Shown here: in pieces, positions 1-11,420 of the stretch
How the letters are laid out: each line of letters starts with the position of its first letter
How positions within the stretch are numbered: the stretch's first letter is position 1
Source: Lama guanicoe
Taxonomy: Eukaryota
Direction of reading: 5' to 3'
Assembly: GCA_013239625.1 (NCBI GenBank)
Contig: MU054764.1
Span: 147,983 to 211,982, forward strand
DNA: 64,000 nt
Position numbers and translations under genes: made by a program
The notes under the pieces: model-generated
The model's database searches: none
Told to the model about the DNA's origin: nothing
Seen by the model: only the letters and a program-made list of their open reading frames with translations

Positions 1-764
1 TGTCCCCGGGGGAGCCTCGCAGCAGAGCCTGGAGTCTGACCCCCGTCTCTGGACCCCTGGGCTGGGCACCTGTCCCTGTGTCGGGCTCCAACACGCAGGG
101 TCCCTCCTGCAATTATGCACATAGCTGAGATGTGGGAAGATGCTGTGGACCAGGTCAGAAAGGTGTCATTCTTGCATGATGACTTTCCTTGAGGAGTTAA
201 GGTTGCTGGCCTCCAGGAGCAGTCCCGTCCCCCTGTGCCCTGCGTCCATCTGCCTTCATGTGGGTGCTCCAAGGGGCAGAAGCTAACACAGGGTTAACCA
301 CCCCGGAGTTTCAACAGAGAAAACCCCATGGGACAGCGAACGGGAGGCAGTCGGTGGGGGGCAGGTGGGGAGACCATCCAACCTCAGTGTGAGTGAAGGA
401 GGGAGAAGGTGGATGGGGAGGTGCCCAGGCTGCAGCGAGGGCCCCAGAAGGCTCTGCAAGGGGCGGGGGGTCCCGGGGCCCAAGGCACCATCGGAGGAGT
501 CCGTGACCCCCGGGAAGCAGCAACACCTTCTGCCCTGGCAGGGGGCACCCGGCGGGGGCAGCCTCAGGCCAACGCAGGCGGGAGGACGGAGTTCAGGGGG
601 ACACTCCCTGGGGGAGGCTGGCGAGTGGCAGGCGTGGCTGTCCCACTGTCTGTCAAAGTGAGAGTCGGCATGAAAGTAATGGCCCCCACCTCCCGCCCCA
701 GGAGGCCCCCGGAGCCATCGGCACTGCACCATCAGAAACCAAAGGGCGGAGAGCTGTAATTTTG

Positions 765-1070
765 TATATATACACAGACATATACTCAGCTGCACACATG
801 TGTACGTGTGCACACGTACTGTTGCATGCATATATGCACACAGCCATCCTATAGCGTATATATATGTATGTATATACGCACACACACATACATACAGCAT
901 ATATGTACCCTATTGTGTGTGTATATATATTATTTTTACGTAACTACATACACATAAGTTGTATACACATACATGCGCAGTTGAATATACGTGTACACAC
1001 ATACATGCAAACACATGTGCATATATTTGCACATATACATGTACACAAATGTGAAATATGACATATAAAA
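765..1070. repeat. degenerate (TA/CA/TG)n simple repeat
   Basis: alternating purine-pyrimidine tract. Confidence 0.85.
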
Positions 1071-1074
1071 AGAA

Positions 1075-1320
1075 ATTTATTTCAAGGAAGTGGCTCACAC
1101 GGTTGTGGGGCTGGTGAGTCTGCAATCTGCAGGGCCAGCGGGCAGGTGGGAGACCCAGGTGGGAGGTGACGCTGCCATCTGGAGGCAGAGTTCCTTCTTC
1201 TCTGGGAAACCTCAGTGTTTGTGCTTAAGACCGTCACCTGATTGGACGAGGCCCACCACCATAGGCAGCATATTGTCTTTACTTCATGTCAGCTGCTTGT
1301 GGACTTCAGTCAAACATACC
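1075..1320. mobile_element. MLT2-like ERVL LTR fragment
   Basis: aaggaagtggctcacacggttgtggggctgg...ctgattggacgaggcccacca motifs typical of MLT2. Confidence 0.6.
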
Positions 1321-1864
1321 AAAAAAAATGTGCAAAGGCAGACAGCAATTTCCTAGCCCGACAAAGACACCTCAGGGGAAGCTGCCAGAGGTGCCGGGGG
1401 AACCCCCGCTCCGTGGGCACTCTTAGCCATTCTCCAGTGAGCCTGAAACTGCTCCAAAATAAAGGTTCAAGTCAAAGTCAGAACCTTAAACCTGGCGTAG
1501 AAATAAATATGATGAGGAAACTCTCTGTCTCTGTCTCTCTTTCCTCTCTCTCTCTCTCTCGAAAATCTCTTTCCCTTTCTTTCTGACTGTGGCAAAGTTC
1601 ACCCGACATAAAATTACCCCTTTCAAAGCGTGCAGTTCACCAGCACTTGGCATCTGCGCCGTCTCTGCCTAGTTTCCGAACACTTTCATCTCTGTGGGGC
1701 TGATGAAAACGTTTTGAAGATCACTCCCACTTGGGTTCCTCCATCTGCCCGTCTCGGCGAACCCACCAGAAATTATCAAAAGGTACAACCGAGTATTAAA
1801 GCCCTCTTTTTATTTTGTTTGTTTAATATTTAATTTATTTTGTTTAGTTTTTTTTTTTTTTGCA

Positions 1865-1969
1865 GGGGAGGTAATTAGGTTTATTTATTTTTAGAGGCAG
1901 CACTGGGGATTGAACCCAGAATCTCGTGTGTGATAAACATGCACGCTTACACTGAGCTAGACCCTCCCC
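1865..1969 (-). mobile_element. tRNA-derived SINE (camelid vic-1-like)
   Basis: reverse complement reads ggggagggtctagctcagtg...gggttcaatccccagtg (A and B boxes) plus a cctaattacctcccc tail. Confidence 0.8.
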
Positions 1970-3611
1970 TGCTAAAGCCTGATTTTTAAAATCTATACTG
2001 ACCACACAGGGATGGACCCCGGGCAGGCAGAGCCCAGGACAGACACGCTCACTCCTCCTCTGCCTGGACCTCCAGCCGGGCCCGCGCCGGGCAGCAGCAG
2101 CTCACAGACAGGGCACAGGTGGGGCCCGATCTGGGCCACCAAACAGGGGGAACGAAAGGCTCGGACAAACCTGTGAGCCAACTAAATACCCCTAATAGTT
2201 GTGTTCTGAAGTTCCCAGAGTTTGCAGTTTCCCCCATTCGAATAATATACATTCAGCCTGCATCCTTCCTCTGCCACTGAACTGCCCACACCCTGTGCGG
2301 GCACAGCTCTGGGATCTAATTCAGGAGTCAAGGAAAGGACAAAGATGTCACATGGCCACAGCAACGGTGACACCTGTCCGCTGTTCTGTCTTCCGCGTGG
2401 TTTGCAGCAGGACGGGCGGCCGGTCCTGGGAAGTACCGCGGAGTCTTGCTTCCTGTATTCTGTGCACTTCCCAGGAGGCTGGGAGGGCGCTGGGGTTTCA
2501 AAACCACGCCAGGGACGTGTGTGTCATTGTCCGGTGGGGACGTTGTGTCTCGAAGCAAGGACTTGAGGTGACCGACCGTCAGACAGACACTGTTCCCTCC
2601 AACCACAGGTGCTTGAACCCTCCCAGGGGAGGCACCTGTGCGGCCTTTGGTGGAGGAGCAGATGACTCACTGCACGGTCTTGGGGAGCCGCCAGGAACCC
2701 CCTGTCAGGGCTGGGGCCAAGCAGATGATCTGCTCACGTTTGGAGGTTGGGAACTTGACCCCAGCCCACCTGCAACCCCCTTTCTGGTCTGCACGTCCTG
2801 CTGAGGCTATGGATACTGTTATAATAGGGGATCCAAATCCGTCACAGAAAAGCCCACTGCGGGGGAGGCAGGAGGGAGGGAGGAGTCAGGGAAGGTGTCT
2901 CAGGGACGCCAACATCCCCTCTCTGCCCCAAATAAGCAGCTCCCCATGGGTGTTCTGGGAATGGGGCCCCGGATGTGGAAGGGAGCAGAGCTGGGCTATT
3001 GGTGGGGGGTGAGGTGTTACAGGCAGAAGCAATCAAAGTGCTGGGACCCCGATGCCAGTGGCACAGCACCCCGTGTGGCTGAGGTGGCCGCCAGAGACAC
3101 CCAGCACAGCCCCAAAGTCTTGGGATCCTGACTTAAACACCACGTGTGCCGGTGAGGAAACCAGGGCTCAGCGAAGCTACTTTGCAGCTTGGAAAGAGGG
3201 TCAGTCCCTTTGGTTCCTTTGTAACCTTGGACCTCCGTCACACTCCCCTCCATCCTCATGGCCCCAGTATTGAAGCTTGTGCACCGGGCATTGCAGCACA
3301 CTCCCTGGGCTTCCAAGTGAAGTCCAGGGTAGAAGGGCAGGTGTCCGAACCTCCATCCTGGGTCGGGACCCTGGGCAGACTCTGGTGGGTATTTTAAAAT
3401 TGTTGCTTCTGCTTCTGTGTGTGATGGGGGCCTTCAGGATTTAGCATCTATGGGGCTGGGATACGGGGGAGGGAGTGAAGAGGGAACAGGAGGGAGGGAA
3501 GCCAGGGCGCAGGCCAGCCCCCTCTCGGAGTGGGTTCCACCCCTCTCACCCCCGGTGCCACCCCTTTGCCTTGCAGCTCAGCCCCCCGGAACCCCCGGCA
3601 CCAGCGCCAAG

Positions 3612-4694
3612 ATGGACATGAACATGACGCGTCCGGACAACGCCACCCTCCTGATGCTGCGGGACCCGGCCATCGCGGTGGTCCTGCCCGTGGTGTACTC
3701 GCTGGTGGCGCTGGTCAGCATCCCAGGGAACCTGTTCTCCCTGTGGGTGCTGTGCCGGCACATCGGCCCCAAGACGCCGTCGGTCATCTTCATGATCAAC
3801 CTGAGCGTCACGGACCTGATGCTGGCCAGCGTGCTCCCGTTCCAGATCTACTACCACTGCAACGGCAACCACTGGGTGTTCGGGGAGCTGCTGTGCAACG
3901 TGGTGACCGTGGCCTTCTACGCCAACATGTACTCCTCTATCCTCACCATGACCTGCATCAGCGTGGACCGCTTCCTGGGCGTCGTCTACCCGCTGGCCTC
4001 CGTGGCCTGGCGCCGCCGACGCTACGCCGTGGCCGCCTGCGCCGGCACGTGGCTGCTGCTGCTGGCCGCCCTGTCCCCGCTGGCCCGCACCGACCTGACG
4101 TACACGGTGCACGCGCTCGGCATCGTCACCTGCTTTGACGTGCTCAAGTCCACCATGCTGCCCAGTGTGGCCACGTGGGCCGTCTTCCTCTTCACGCTGT
4201 TCATCGTGCTCTTCCTCATCCCCTTCGTGGTCACCGTGGCCTGCTACACGGCCACCATCCTCACGCTGCTGCGGACGCCCGAGCACCCGGAGGGCCAGGG
4301 CCAGAGGCGGCGTGCTGTGGGGCTGGCCGCCGTGGTGCTGCTGGCCTTCGTCACCTGCTTCGCGCCCAACAACTTCGTGCTGCTCGTGCACATGGTCAGC
4401 CGCCTGTTCCTGGGCCACAGCTACTACCACGTGTACAAGCTCACGCTCTGCCTGAGCTGCCTGAACAACTGCCTGGACCCCTTTGTCTACTACTTCGCCT
4501 CCCACGAGTTCCAGCTGCGGCTGCGGGACTACCTGGGCTACGGGCCGCTGCCCGCCGACAGCCTGGACACCGCACGCCGGGACAGCCTCTTCTCCGCCCG
4601 GACGCTGTCAGCGCGCTCCGTGGCCAGTGCCCACGCCGACGGGCCCGAGGCGGCCGGCCGGCCGTGCTTCCAGAGGCAGGAGAGCGTGTTCTGA
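3612..4694 (+). CDS. P2RY8: P2Y receptor family member 8 (class A GPCR), single coding exon, 360 aa
   Basis: ORF MDMNMTRPDNATLLMLRDPAIAVVLPVVYSLV...GNLFSLW...SVDRF...CLDPFVY...RQESVF* has seven hydrophobic segments and closely matches recalled human P2RY8. ATG 3612 is in a strong Kozak context (gccaagATGg). Acceptor ttgcag ends at 3576; the non-coding exon 1 lies outside the window. Confidence 0.97.
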   Translation: MDMNMTRPDNATLLMLRDPAIAVVLPVVYSLVALVSIPGNLFSLWVLCRHIGPKTPSVIFMINLSVTDLMLASVLPFQIYYHCNGNHWVFGELLCNVVTVAFYANMYSSILTMTCISVDRFLGVVYPLASVAWRRRRYAVAACAGTWLLLLAALSPLARTDLTYTVHALGIVTCFDVLKSTMLPSVATWAVFLFTLFIVLFLIPFVVTVACYTATILTLLRTPEHPEGQGQRRRAVGLAAVVLLAFVTCFAPNNFVLLVHMVSRLFLGHSYYHVYKLTLCLSCLNNCLDPFVYYFASHEFQLRLRDYLGYGPLPADSLDTARRDSLFSARTLSARSVASAHADGPEAAGRPCFQRQESVF

Positions 4695-4735
4695 GCCAGG
4701 CGCCTCTGGGGCAGCAGGCAGACGGCGGTGGACCG

Positions 4736-4895
4736 CATCCTCCCCTCCATCCTCCCCTCCATCCCCCTCCATCCTCCCCTCCATCCTCCCTCCATCCCCC
4801 TCCATCCTCCCCTCCANNNNNNNNNNNNNNNNNNNNNNNNNNNNNNNNNNNNNNNNNNNNNTCCTTCCTTCCAGCCCTCCTCCCTCCCTTCCTCC
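4736..4895. repeat. (CCTCCCCTCCAT)n-type pyrimidine repeat with gap 4817-4861
   Basis: direct reading. Confidence 0.9.
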
Positions 4896-5964
4896 ACTGC
4901 TGTCGCACAGGCTGCCCCCACTTTGTGGTCGAGTGGGTGACTGGCCAGCCCAGCTATGTCCCCCTGGGGCCCTCAACATCCCACTAGCCTGGCTGCCTGC
5001 CCACTCCCTGTGCTGGGATGTGAGGGTTCTTCTGCTCCCCAGCCTCGTGGAGCCCCCCGACCTCGTGGTCAATTCAGCCTTGATCTCTCTGGGAGCTGGG
5101 ATTCAGCCAGATGACCTTGGACAGGCACCTTCGGCCCCCACCATCCTCCCGGGGCTCACAGGGGTCCCCCCCGACATCACCTGGTCCCCCCAAGAGTCAA
5201 GCAAACACGGGGGCTTCCAAAGCACTCGGTCACTCTGGGCCGTGGAGGGTCAGGTTCTACCTAAGTGTCCACAAGTGGGAACCCCCAGAGGGAAGGAGAT
5301 TGGGCCAGGAGGTGCGGATCAGGCCACCCTGACCGAGGGCCTCTGGGTGGGTGAGACATTGCTAAGGACAATGAGTGTTGAGGCTCCCTGACATGTTTGG
5401 GGTACAGCTTGCCTTGGGGCCCCCTCCGGCCTGTCCTCTGGCTCCCCATCCCAGCTGAGAGCCCCAGGCCACGGCAAGTCCTCCTGGGCTCTGGGGCTGC
5501 TGCTGGGGTTGGAGCTGGCCTGGCCGGTGGGATCCTTTGGGGACCAGGCACTGACCACACAGGCCACAGGAGGGCCCACTGGCCTGGTCAGCACCCGGAT
5601 GCAGCTGTGCAGCCCCCGTATGTGGGCTGCTTTGGGAAGAGGAGGGGCCGAGCCCCCAGGGCATTCTTGGGAGGCACCTTCTTGGCAGGCCGGGATTTGC
5701 CTGAAACAACGTTTCGGGAACTTTGTACGTCACAAGGAGACACACAGAATTGGGTTCAGGGCTCCCTTGGAAGCGAAAACAGCCCTGCAGCATCTAAGAT
5801 GAGACCTGGGAGGGGCCAGCAGGTGGGGTCTCTGGGACCTCCAGCTGGAGTGGCCTTGGGGCAGGAGCCCCCCCACCGTGGGTCAGAAATAATGGCGGAG
5901 ATCAGGAGCTGATGTTCTGGGAACATCTGGCCCGCCATCACTGCTTTGGAAGAACGAAGACACG

Positions 5965-6349
5965 TGCACTGGGGTGAACCGTGTCCCCCCAGAATCCATG
6001 TCCACCCACAACCTCACAGTGTGACCTACGGCATCAGCGTGGCCCTGCATCCAAGGACAGTGACCTCAGAAGAGAGAGAAGAGACAGAAGAGACAGAGAC
6101 ACAGAGGAGACGCCACGTGGACACGGAGGCAGAGACGGGAGGGGGTCAGCCACCAGCCCAGGGACGCCTGGAGCCCCCAGAAGCTGGAAGGGGCAGGAGG
6201 GACCCTCCCCTGGAGCCTCCAGAGGGAGCATGGCCATGGGACACCTTGACCTCAGATGTCTGGTCTCCAGGACCAGGGGAGGATGGGTGCCTGTGGTCTT
6301 AAGCCCCTAGTTTGGGGTCATTTGTTACAGCTGCCCCAGGACACAGGCA
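5965..6349 (+). mobile_element. MaLR (MLT1-like) solo LTR, homogenised family A
   Basis: TG...gaaccgtgtccccc start; gagcccccagaagctggaag core; tttgttacagctgcccc...CA end. Confidence 0.75.
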
Positions 6350-7307
6350 CTGAAATTCTGAGGCCGTGACTCTGGCCCCTGGCTGGGTGATTGCAGGCAG
6401 CCTTGTGCCCAATGCCGGCTCCGGGCGGGGCCGGGAGGGGGCAGTGCTTTGTGGATCCAACCCTTTGGCTTAGAGGAGCAGCCTAGGGGTCCCCTCTGTC
6501 CCCCTCCACATGTTTGCAGGGAGGCGAGAGACACCCTCCAGAGCCTTCGGAGAGATGGCTGGACATGCCCCTAAGAAAAGATCCCAGCCCCTCAGGCCAG
6601 GAACAGGAAGAAAGCTGGTGTTCGGGACCTCGATTGTCCACGGAGGGTGTGCCATGCCCCGCTCTTCCCGACTGTTCCAAAGCCGAACCCTAGAAAGCCA
6701 AGCTGAGTTGGCAGCAGCCCGGGGGTGGAAACCCTGAGCCGTTGAGCCGCCCGCACCCACGCTCCGGGCGTGGGCCTCCGGCGTCTGATGCTACAAAGCT
6801 GTGAAAAACCTCAAACCACCCTCACGGAGCGTTTCTCTGCTGCAGCGTGAAGAAGTGTTGCTGCCTGGATTGAGCGGGAGCCGGCCTCATGCGCAACAGC
6901 CTCCCCCGGCGGGTGTCACGTCCCTGCGGCCATCCGGTCACGGGCCGCACGGCCCCGCAGGCCAAGGTGCGAGTTTTGCCACCACTATCAGCATTATTTG
7001 GTTGTGTGGCCAATCGGCCAGCCATTAGGTCTGCGTCCCGGGGGCCCCCAGTTCTGCTGAAGTGACTGGAGGGGTCCAACAGCATCTTTCGATTGCTGGG
7101 AATTTCCATGCGGAAGCGGGGTGACCATTAGTCTGTCCGAGGGGTCTGTCTGATAACCTGAAGATTCCAGGGCTGGACTTTTTGCTCCTGTTTCCATTTT
7201 AATAATGGGGTATGCGTGTGTGTGTGTTTTCTCCCCACACATTTGCTCAATGTGTTGACCAGGTAACTCCTGTAAGGATATGTGTGTACTTAAATAGAGA
7301 TTAGAAA

Positions 7308-7313
7308 AATAAA
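7308..7313 (+). terminator. candidate P2RY8 polyadenylation signal AATAAA
   Basis: AATAAA about 2.6 kb after the stop codon, followed by GT-rich sequence; inference only. Confidence 0.45.
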
Positions 7314-7971
7314 AAGATGTGGGTGGCGTGATTTGGCTCTTGGAAGGGTGTGGGGAGAGGGCGCCATGAAGAGAAACACGTCCATGAGTTATTCCAGTGC
7401 GGAGGGCAAACGCCCTTCTCTCTCCAATTTCTGAGACCCCCCTCCCTTCCAAAGATGCCCCCCATCTCACGCCAGAACCACCAGCCCCCTGGAGCTTCAG
7501 TGACTGTGGAATCTGGCTGCTCTGAGCACCGGGCCGCGGAACGCGGGCGGGGGCGTGCGGTGGAATTGAGGATTTGTGGGGTGGGCGCTGTTAAACAGTC
7601 ATCCCCCAGATGCTGAGGATGTGTGTAAAAATAGTCCCATGACGGCAAACGCTAGCTTTAACATGCAAGAGCAAATACACTCACACATACACACATACCT
7701 GTACATGCTTGCACACGCCTGTGTGTGTGCACACACGCAGGCATGTTTCCCACGCGTGTGTTTCATCATATCACTCTCTTCACGTCAGCCTATTTGAAAA
7801 CACCCAGGCTGAAGACCTGTGGTTCCTTGCAAATTGCCACATGAAGACATCAGTGTAGACAAAACCCGTCCCCCAAAGCTGGAAACGGTCCAGAACTGCT
7901 AAGTACGGAGGAAGCCAGTGTTCCCACTACAGCTGTTCTTTTGGGGTTTTTTTTTCCCCACCCTTCCCGAT

Positions 7972-8300
7972 TTTTTTTTAATTGTGGTAAAATATCTGTA
8001 ACATAAAATTGACCATCTCCACCATTGTTAACTGCACAGTTCAGGGGTATTAAGTACATTCACATTATCGTGCAACCATCACCACCGTCCTCTCCAGGAC
8101 TTTCTCATCTTCCCAAACTGAGCCTCTGTCCCCGCGAAACACTCACTCCCCAGCCCCTCCCAGCCCCCACCCTCCACTTTCTGTCTCTGTGGGTTTGACT
8201 CCCCCAGGGACCTCCTGGAAGTGCAGTCACACGTGATTTGTCCTTCTGTGATGGGTTGGTTTCACTGAGCATCATGTCCCCAAGGCTCATCACGTCACAG
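7972..8300 (-). mobile_element. old L1M (L1MA/MB-type) 3' end
   Basis: ttttaattgtggtaaaata...aagtacattcacattatcgtgcaaccatcaccac motif. Confidence 0.75.
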
Positions 8301-9761
8301 TTTAATTACAGCATTATTTACAAACCACCCATCTTAACCGTACTGTTCGGCGACTTTCAGCACGTTTGTGGAGGTCCCGGAGCCAGCAACGTGCAGCCTT
8401 AGAACGTTATCATTGCCCCAGAAAGATGCCCAGTGCCCGTCAGCCCCAGACAAGCCCTCTCTGCCCTCTGCCCCTGCAGCTTCGTGCTTTCTGTTCACGT
8501 GAGGCGTGAGGTGCTTTCTGGAGGAGGTGGCCCGGGAAAGGCGCCCGGGACGTATTAAGACCCCGGAGGGTCCTAAGCATTCGACCAAAGTAGTATTCAA
8601 CACCTTCAACTTTTAACCTGCGTCGGCTCTTTTCCTTTTTCTTTTTCTCTTTTTTCAATTTCTGATCTGTCTTTGGAAACCTGTGTGATTCTATGGGACC
8701 AGTGACATTGTTTAGTGCTGTTAAAGTACCTCTAGGGTATGAATAAAAGTAATTCAAGACGCAGCGAGGGGGTTCCTACGGAGAATGAGATGTATGAGGA
8801 ATGAGCTCTGGAGTGCACGGATAAACCCCAAACAGTGGCCCCGAGCTGGCGAGTGTGGGATCGGGGGGTCGACACCAGCACCCGCCCCAGATCCCCACCC
8901 GTCACCCGTGAGAATTCAGGTCGTTTGGCAGGAATGACCTCCCCCAAAATAAAATAAAGGAAATCTAATTACCTCCCCCCTCAAAAATATCTTTTTTAAA
9001 AAGGAAAGAATAAAATAAGTAATAAGGCAGCTCCCATCAAAAGAAAAACTTTAAAAGAAAAAGGTGCTCCCTGATTGGTTGAAGATTATGTTTCCCTGAA
9101 ATGCCTCGAATTAGAAATAATAATAATTATTATTACAATATAATAATTTCTAACTCTAAACGTTGGAGGAATTGTAAAGTTCAGCCAATCCGGAAATGAC
9201 TTCCCCTAAACATGGGAGGTCTTGGGACAGGGTGAGTCCACACGGAGCTTCAGAGCCCACTGTGGAGGGACTTGCTGGTGGGCTGGCCAAGAAGGGGTCA
9301 GGGTGGGATCTGGAGGGCTGGGTGGATGGGGACACGGACAGTGGAGGAGGGGGCCAGAACACCCACGTCCTGCCCTCTGGGTTCCCAGCCCCTCCGTGGG
9401 GAAAGCAGCAAAAGCAGAGGGGCAACGGGCCTTTATGATCCGCTCTGTCCCCGAAAGCTCGGTGGACAGGGGCCCATGGCTGCTGGGCCCCTGGCCCTCA
9501 GCTCCACGGAGGAGCCAGTGAGACCCACTGCTGAGTCTGGGTCCCCATATAGGTATCACGGTGCCATCGCAGGCATCGACACCTGGTTTACACGACCATC
9601 GGATGCTATGTGGCGAATCACCCAGCACGGAAGGTGAAGGGGGGAAAAATGGGACATGATACACGTTGATATATTACATACATCATAATATTCCATATGT
9701 ACGCAGACACATGTGCATATACGTGCACATAGATGCGCATTAGTTCATATGTGTGTGTATT

Positions 9762-9930
9762 AGTCAGGGGTCATTTTGGTGCTCAGCACGAGTTCGGGTA
9801 GTGGGGGCGCTCCAGGCATTGGTGGGTGCAGACCAGGGACGCAGCTCCACACCGCACAGTGCACAGGACGCCCCCATCAGAGTCCTCCAGCCCTGGGGTC
9901 AGTCCTGTGAGGCTGAGAAACTCGGTCTAG
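9762..9930. mobile_element. MER20-like hAT DNA transposon fragment
   Basis: cagggacgcagct...acagtgcacaggacgccccc...gaggctgagaaact motifs. Confidence 0.7.
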
Positions 9931-9942
9931 CACGAGAGACAA

Positions 9943-10155
9943 TATCTATCTGTCTATCCATCTACCATTTATCTATCTACCATGTATCTATCTACTGTCT
10001 GTGTGTCTGTATCCATCCATCCATCCAACCATCCATCCATCCAACCATCCATCCATCCATCAAGCATCCACCCACCCACCCATCCACCCATCCGTCCACC
10101 CATCCATCATATCTGTCCATCATCTTTTCACCTTATCAACCTAGCATCTACCTAT
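9943..10155. repeat. (TCTA/TCCA)n simple repeat
   Basis: direct reading. Confidence 0.9.
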
Positions 10156-10159
10156 GGCC

Positions 10160-10350
10160 GTGGCACTGGGCGATTCTGCCCCCAGCGGACAGTGTCTGTA
10201 GTGTTCTGTTCGCACAACTTGGCGGGCAGCTACTGCCATCTAGTGGACAGAAATCAGAGCTCTGCTAAATACCCTGCAACCGCCCGGGGCAGCCCCACAA
10301 AGATGAATGATCCCGCCCCAAGTGTCACTAGAGCTGAGGCTGCGAAGCGC
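10160..10350. mobile_element. second MER20-like fragment, carrying a CTCF motif
   Basis: gggcgattctgcccccag...gccatctagtgg...gctaaataccctgcaa...gaggctgcgaa. Confidence 0.7.
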
Positions 10351-10367
10351 CGCACCCCATCCAGGCC

Positions 10368-10730
10368 TGGGGGACCGCCATCTCTACAGCCCCCAGCGCG
10401 CTCTGGGGACCCCATCTCCACTTCCCACGCGGGGACCCCCATGTCTACAGCCCGCAACGCGCTCTGGGGACCCCATCTCCACATACCCCCACTTCTCCCT
10501 TCAGGGACCCCCCTATCTTCGCCATCCACCGCGGACGAGAGGACCCCCATCTCCGCCCCGTACCGCGCCCGCAGGGACACCCCCATCTCCACTTCCCACG
10601 CGGCGCCCGCGGGGACCCCCATGTCTACAGTCCCCAGCGCGCTCTGGGGACCCTCCCATCTCCACATCCCAACACCACACCCGCGGGGACCCCCATCCCC
10701 CCTCCCCACCGCGCCCGCGAGGGGCCCCCG
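10368..10730. repeat. GC-rich minisatellite, ~60-bp degenerate unit
   Basis: ggggacccccatgtctacag..cgcgctctggggaccccatctccac recurs at ~10370, 10431 and 10611 with partial units between. Confidence 0.8.
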
Positions 10731-11055
10731 CCTCTCCGCCCAGCACCGCACCCCGGGAACCCCTGCACCGATTCTCGAGGACGCCCCCATCACCCCGCCC
10801 GGCTCCGTGCTCCCAAGGTGCCCTGCGGTCTCCGGGCTCTAGNNNNNNNNNNNNNNNNNNNNNNNNNNNNNNNNNNNNNNNNNNNNNNNNNNNNNNNNNN
10901 NNNNNNNNNNNNNNNNNNNNNNNNNNNNNNNNNNNNNNNNNNNNNNNNNNNNNNNNNNNNNNNNNNNNNNNNNNNNNNNNNNNNNNNNNNNNNNNNNNNN
11001 NNNNNNNNNNNNNNNNNNNNNNNNNNNNNNNNNNNNNNNNNNNNNNNNNNNNNNN

Positions 11056-11420
11056 GGGTTCCGGGGGCGGGGTTCCGGGGGCTGTGCTCCGTCTCGGCGG
11101 GGCTCTGTCGGGGGCGGAGCCCGTTGGGGGCGGGGCCTGGCCGCGGCTCCGAGTGCGCAGGGCTCCGCGCGCGGCGTAGGGAGGCGGGTTCCTGGCGCGG
11201 CCGCGCGCGCGGGTCGGGGTCGCGGCGGCGCCATGGTGCTGTGTCCGGTGATCGGGAAGCTGCTGCACAAACATGTGGTGTTGGCCAGCGCCTCCCCGCG
11301 CCGCCAGGAGATCCTCAGCAACGCGGTGAGCCGCCTGGGCCGGGCCTGGGCCGGGGTCCGCGGGGCCGGGGGCCGGGGCGGGCCCGGTTCCGCGGGCCTA
11401 GGGAACAGGGGCCCAGTGGC
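11056..11420 (+). promoter_or_regulatory. ASMTL CpG-island promoter with several GC boxes (partly hidden by the gap at 10843-11055)
   Basis: dense CpG, several GGGCGG motifs upstream of the ATG, no TATA box. Confidence 0.8.
11233..11325 (+). CDS. ASMTL: ASMTL exon 1 (MVLCPVIGKLLHKHVVLASASPRRQEILSNA)
   Basis: gccATGg start, donor GCG|gtgag, lies in a CpG island. Confidence 0.95.

Noticed and set aside
3417-3611. 65-aa N-terminal extension of the P2RY8 ORF in the ORF track
   Set aside because: It starts at a non-ATG codon and most of it lies upstream of the acceptor at 3576; similarity to P2RY8 and a strong Kozak ATG begin at 3612
3546-4505. 319-aa antisense ORF and other overlapping frames over P2RY8
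   Set aside because: Shadow ORFs caused by very high GC3 and scarce stop codons
5946-6310. Recurring peptide family (RLEPPEAGRGRRDPPLE...WDTLTSDVWSPG) in many ORFs
   Set aside because: It reflects repeated MaLR LTR DNA with frameshifts between copies, not a protein family
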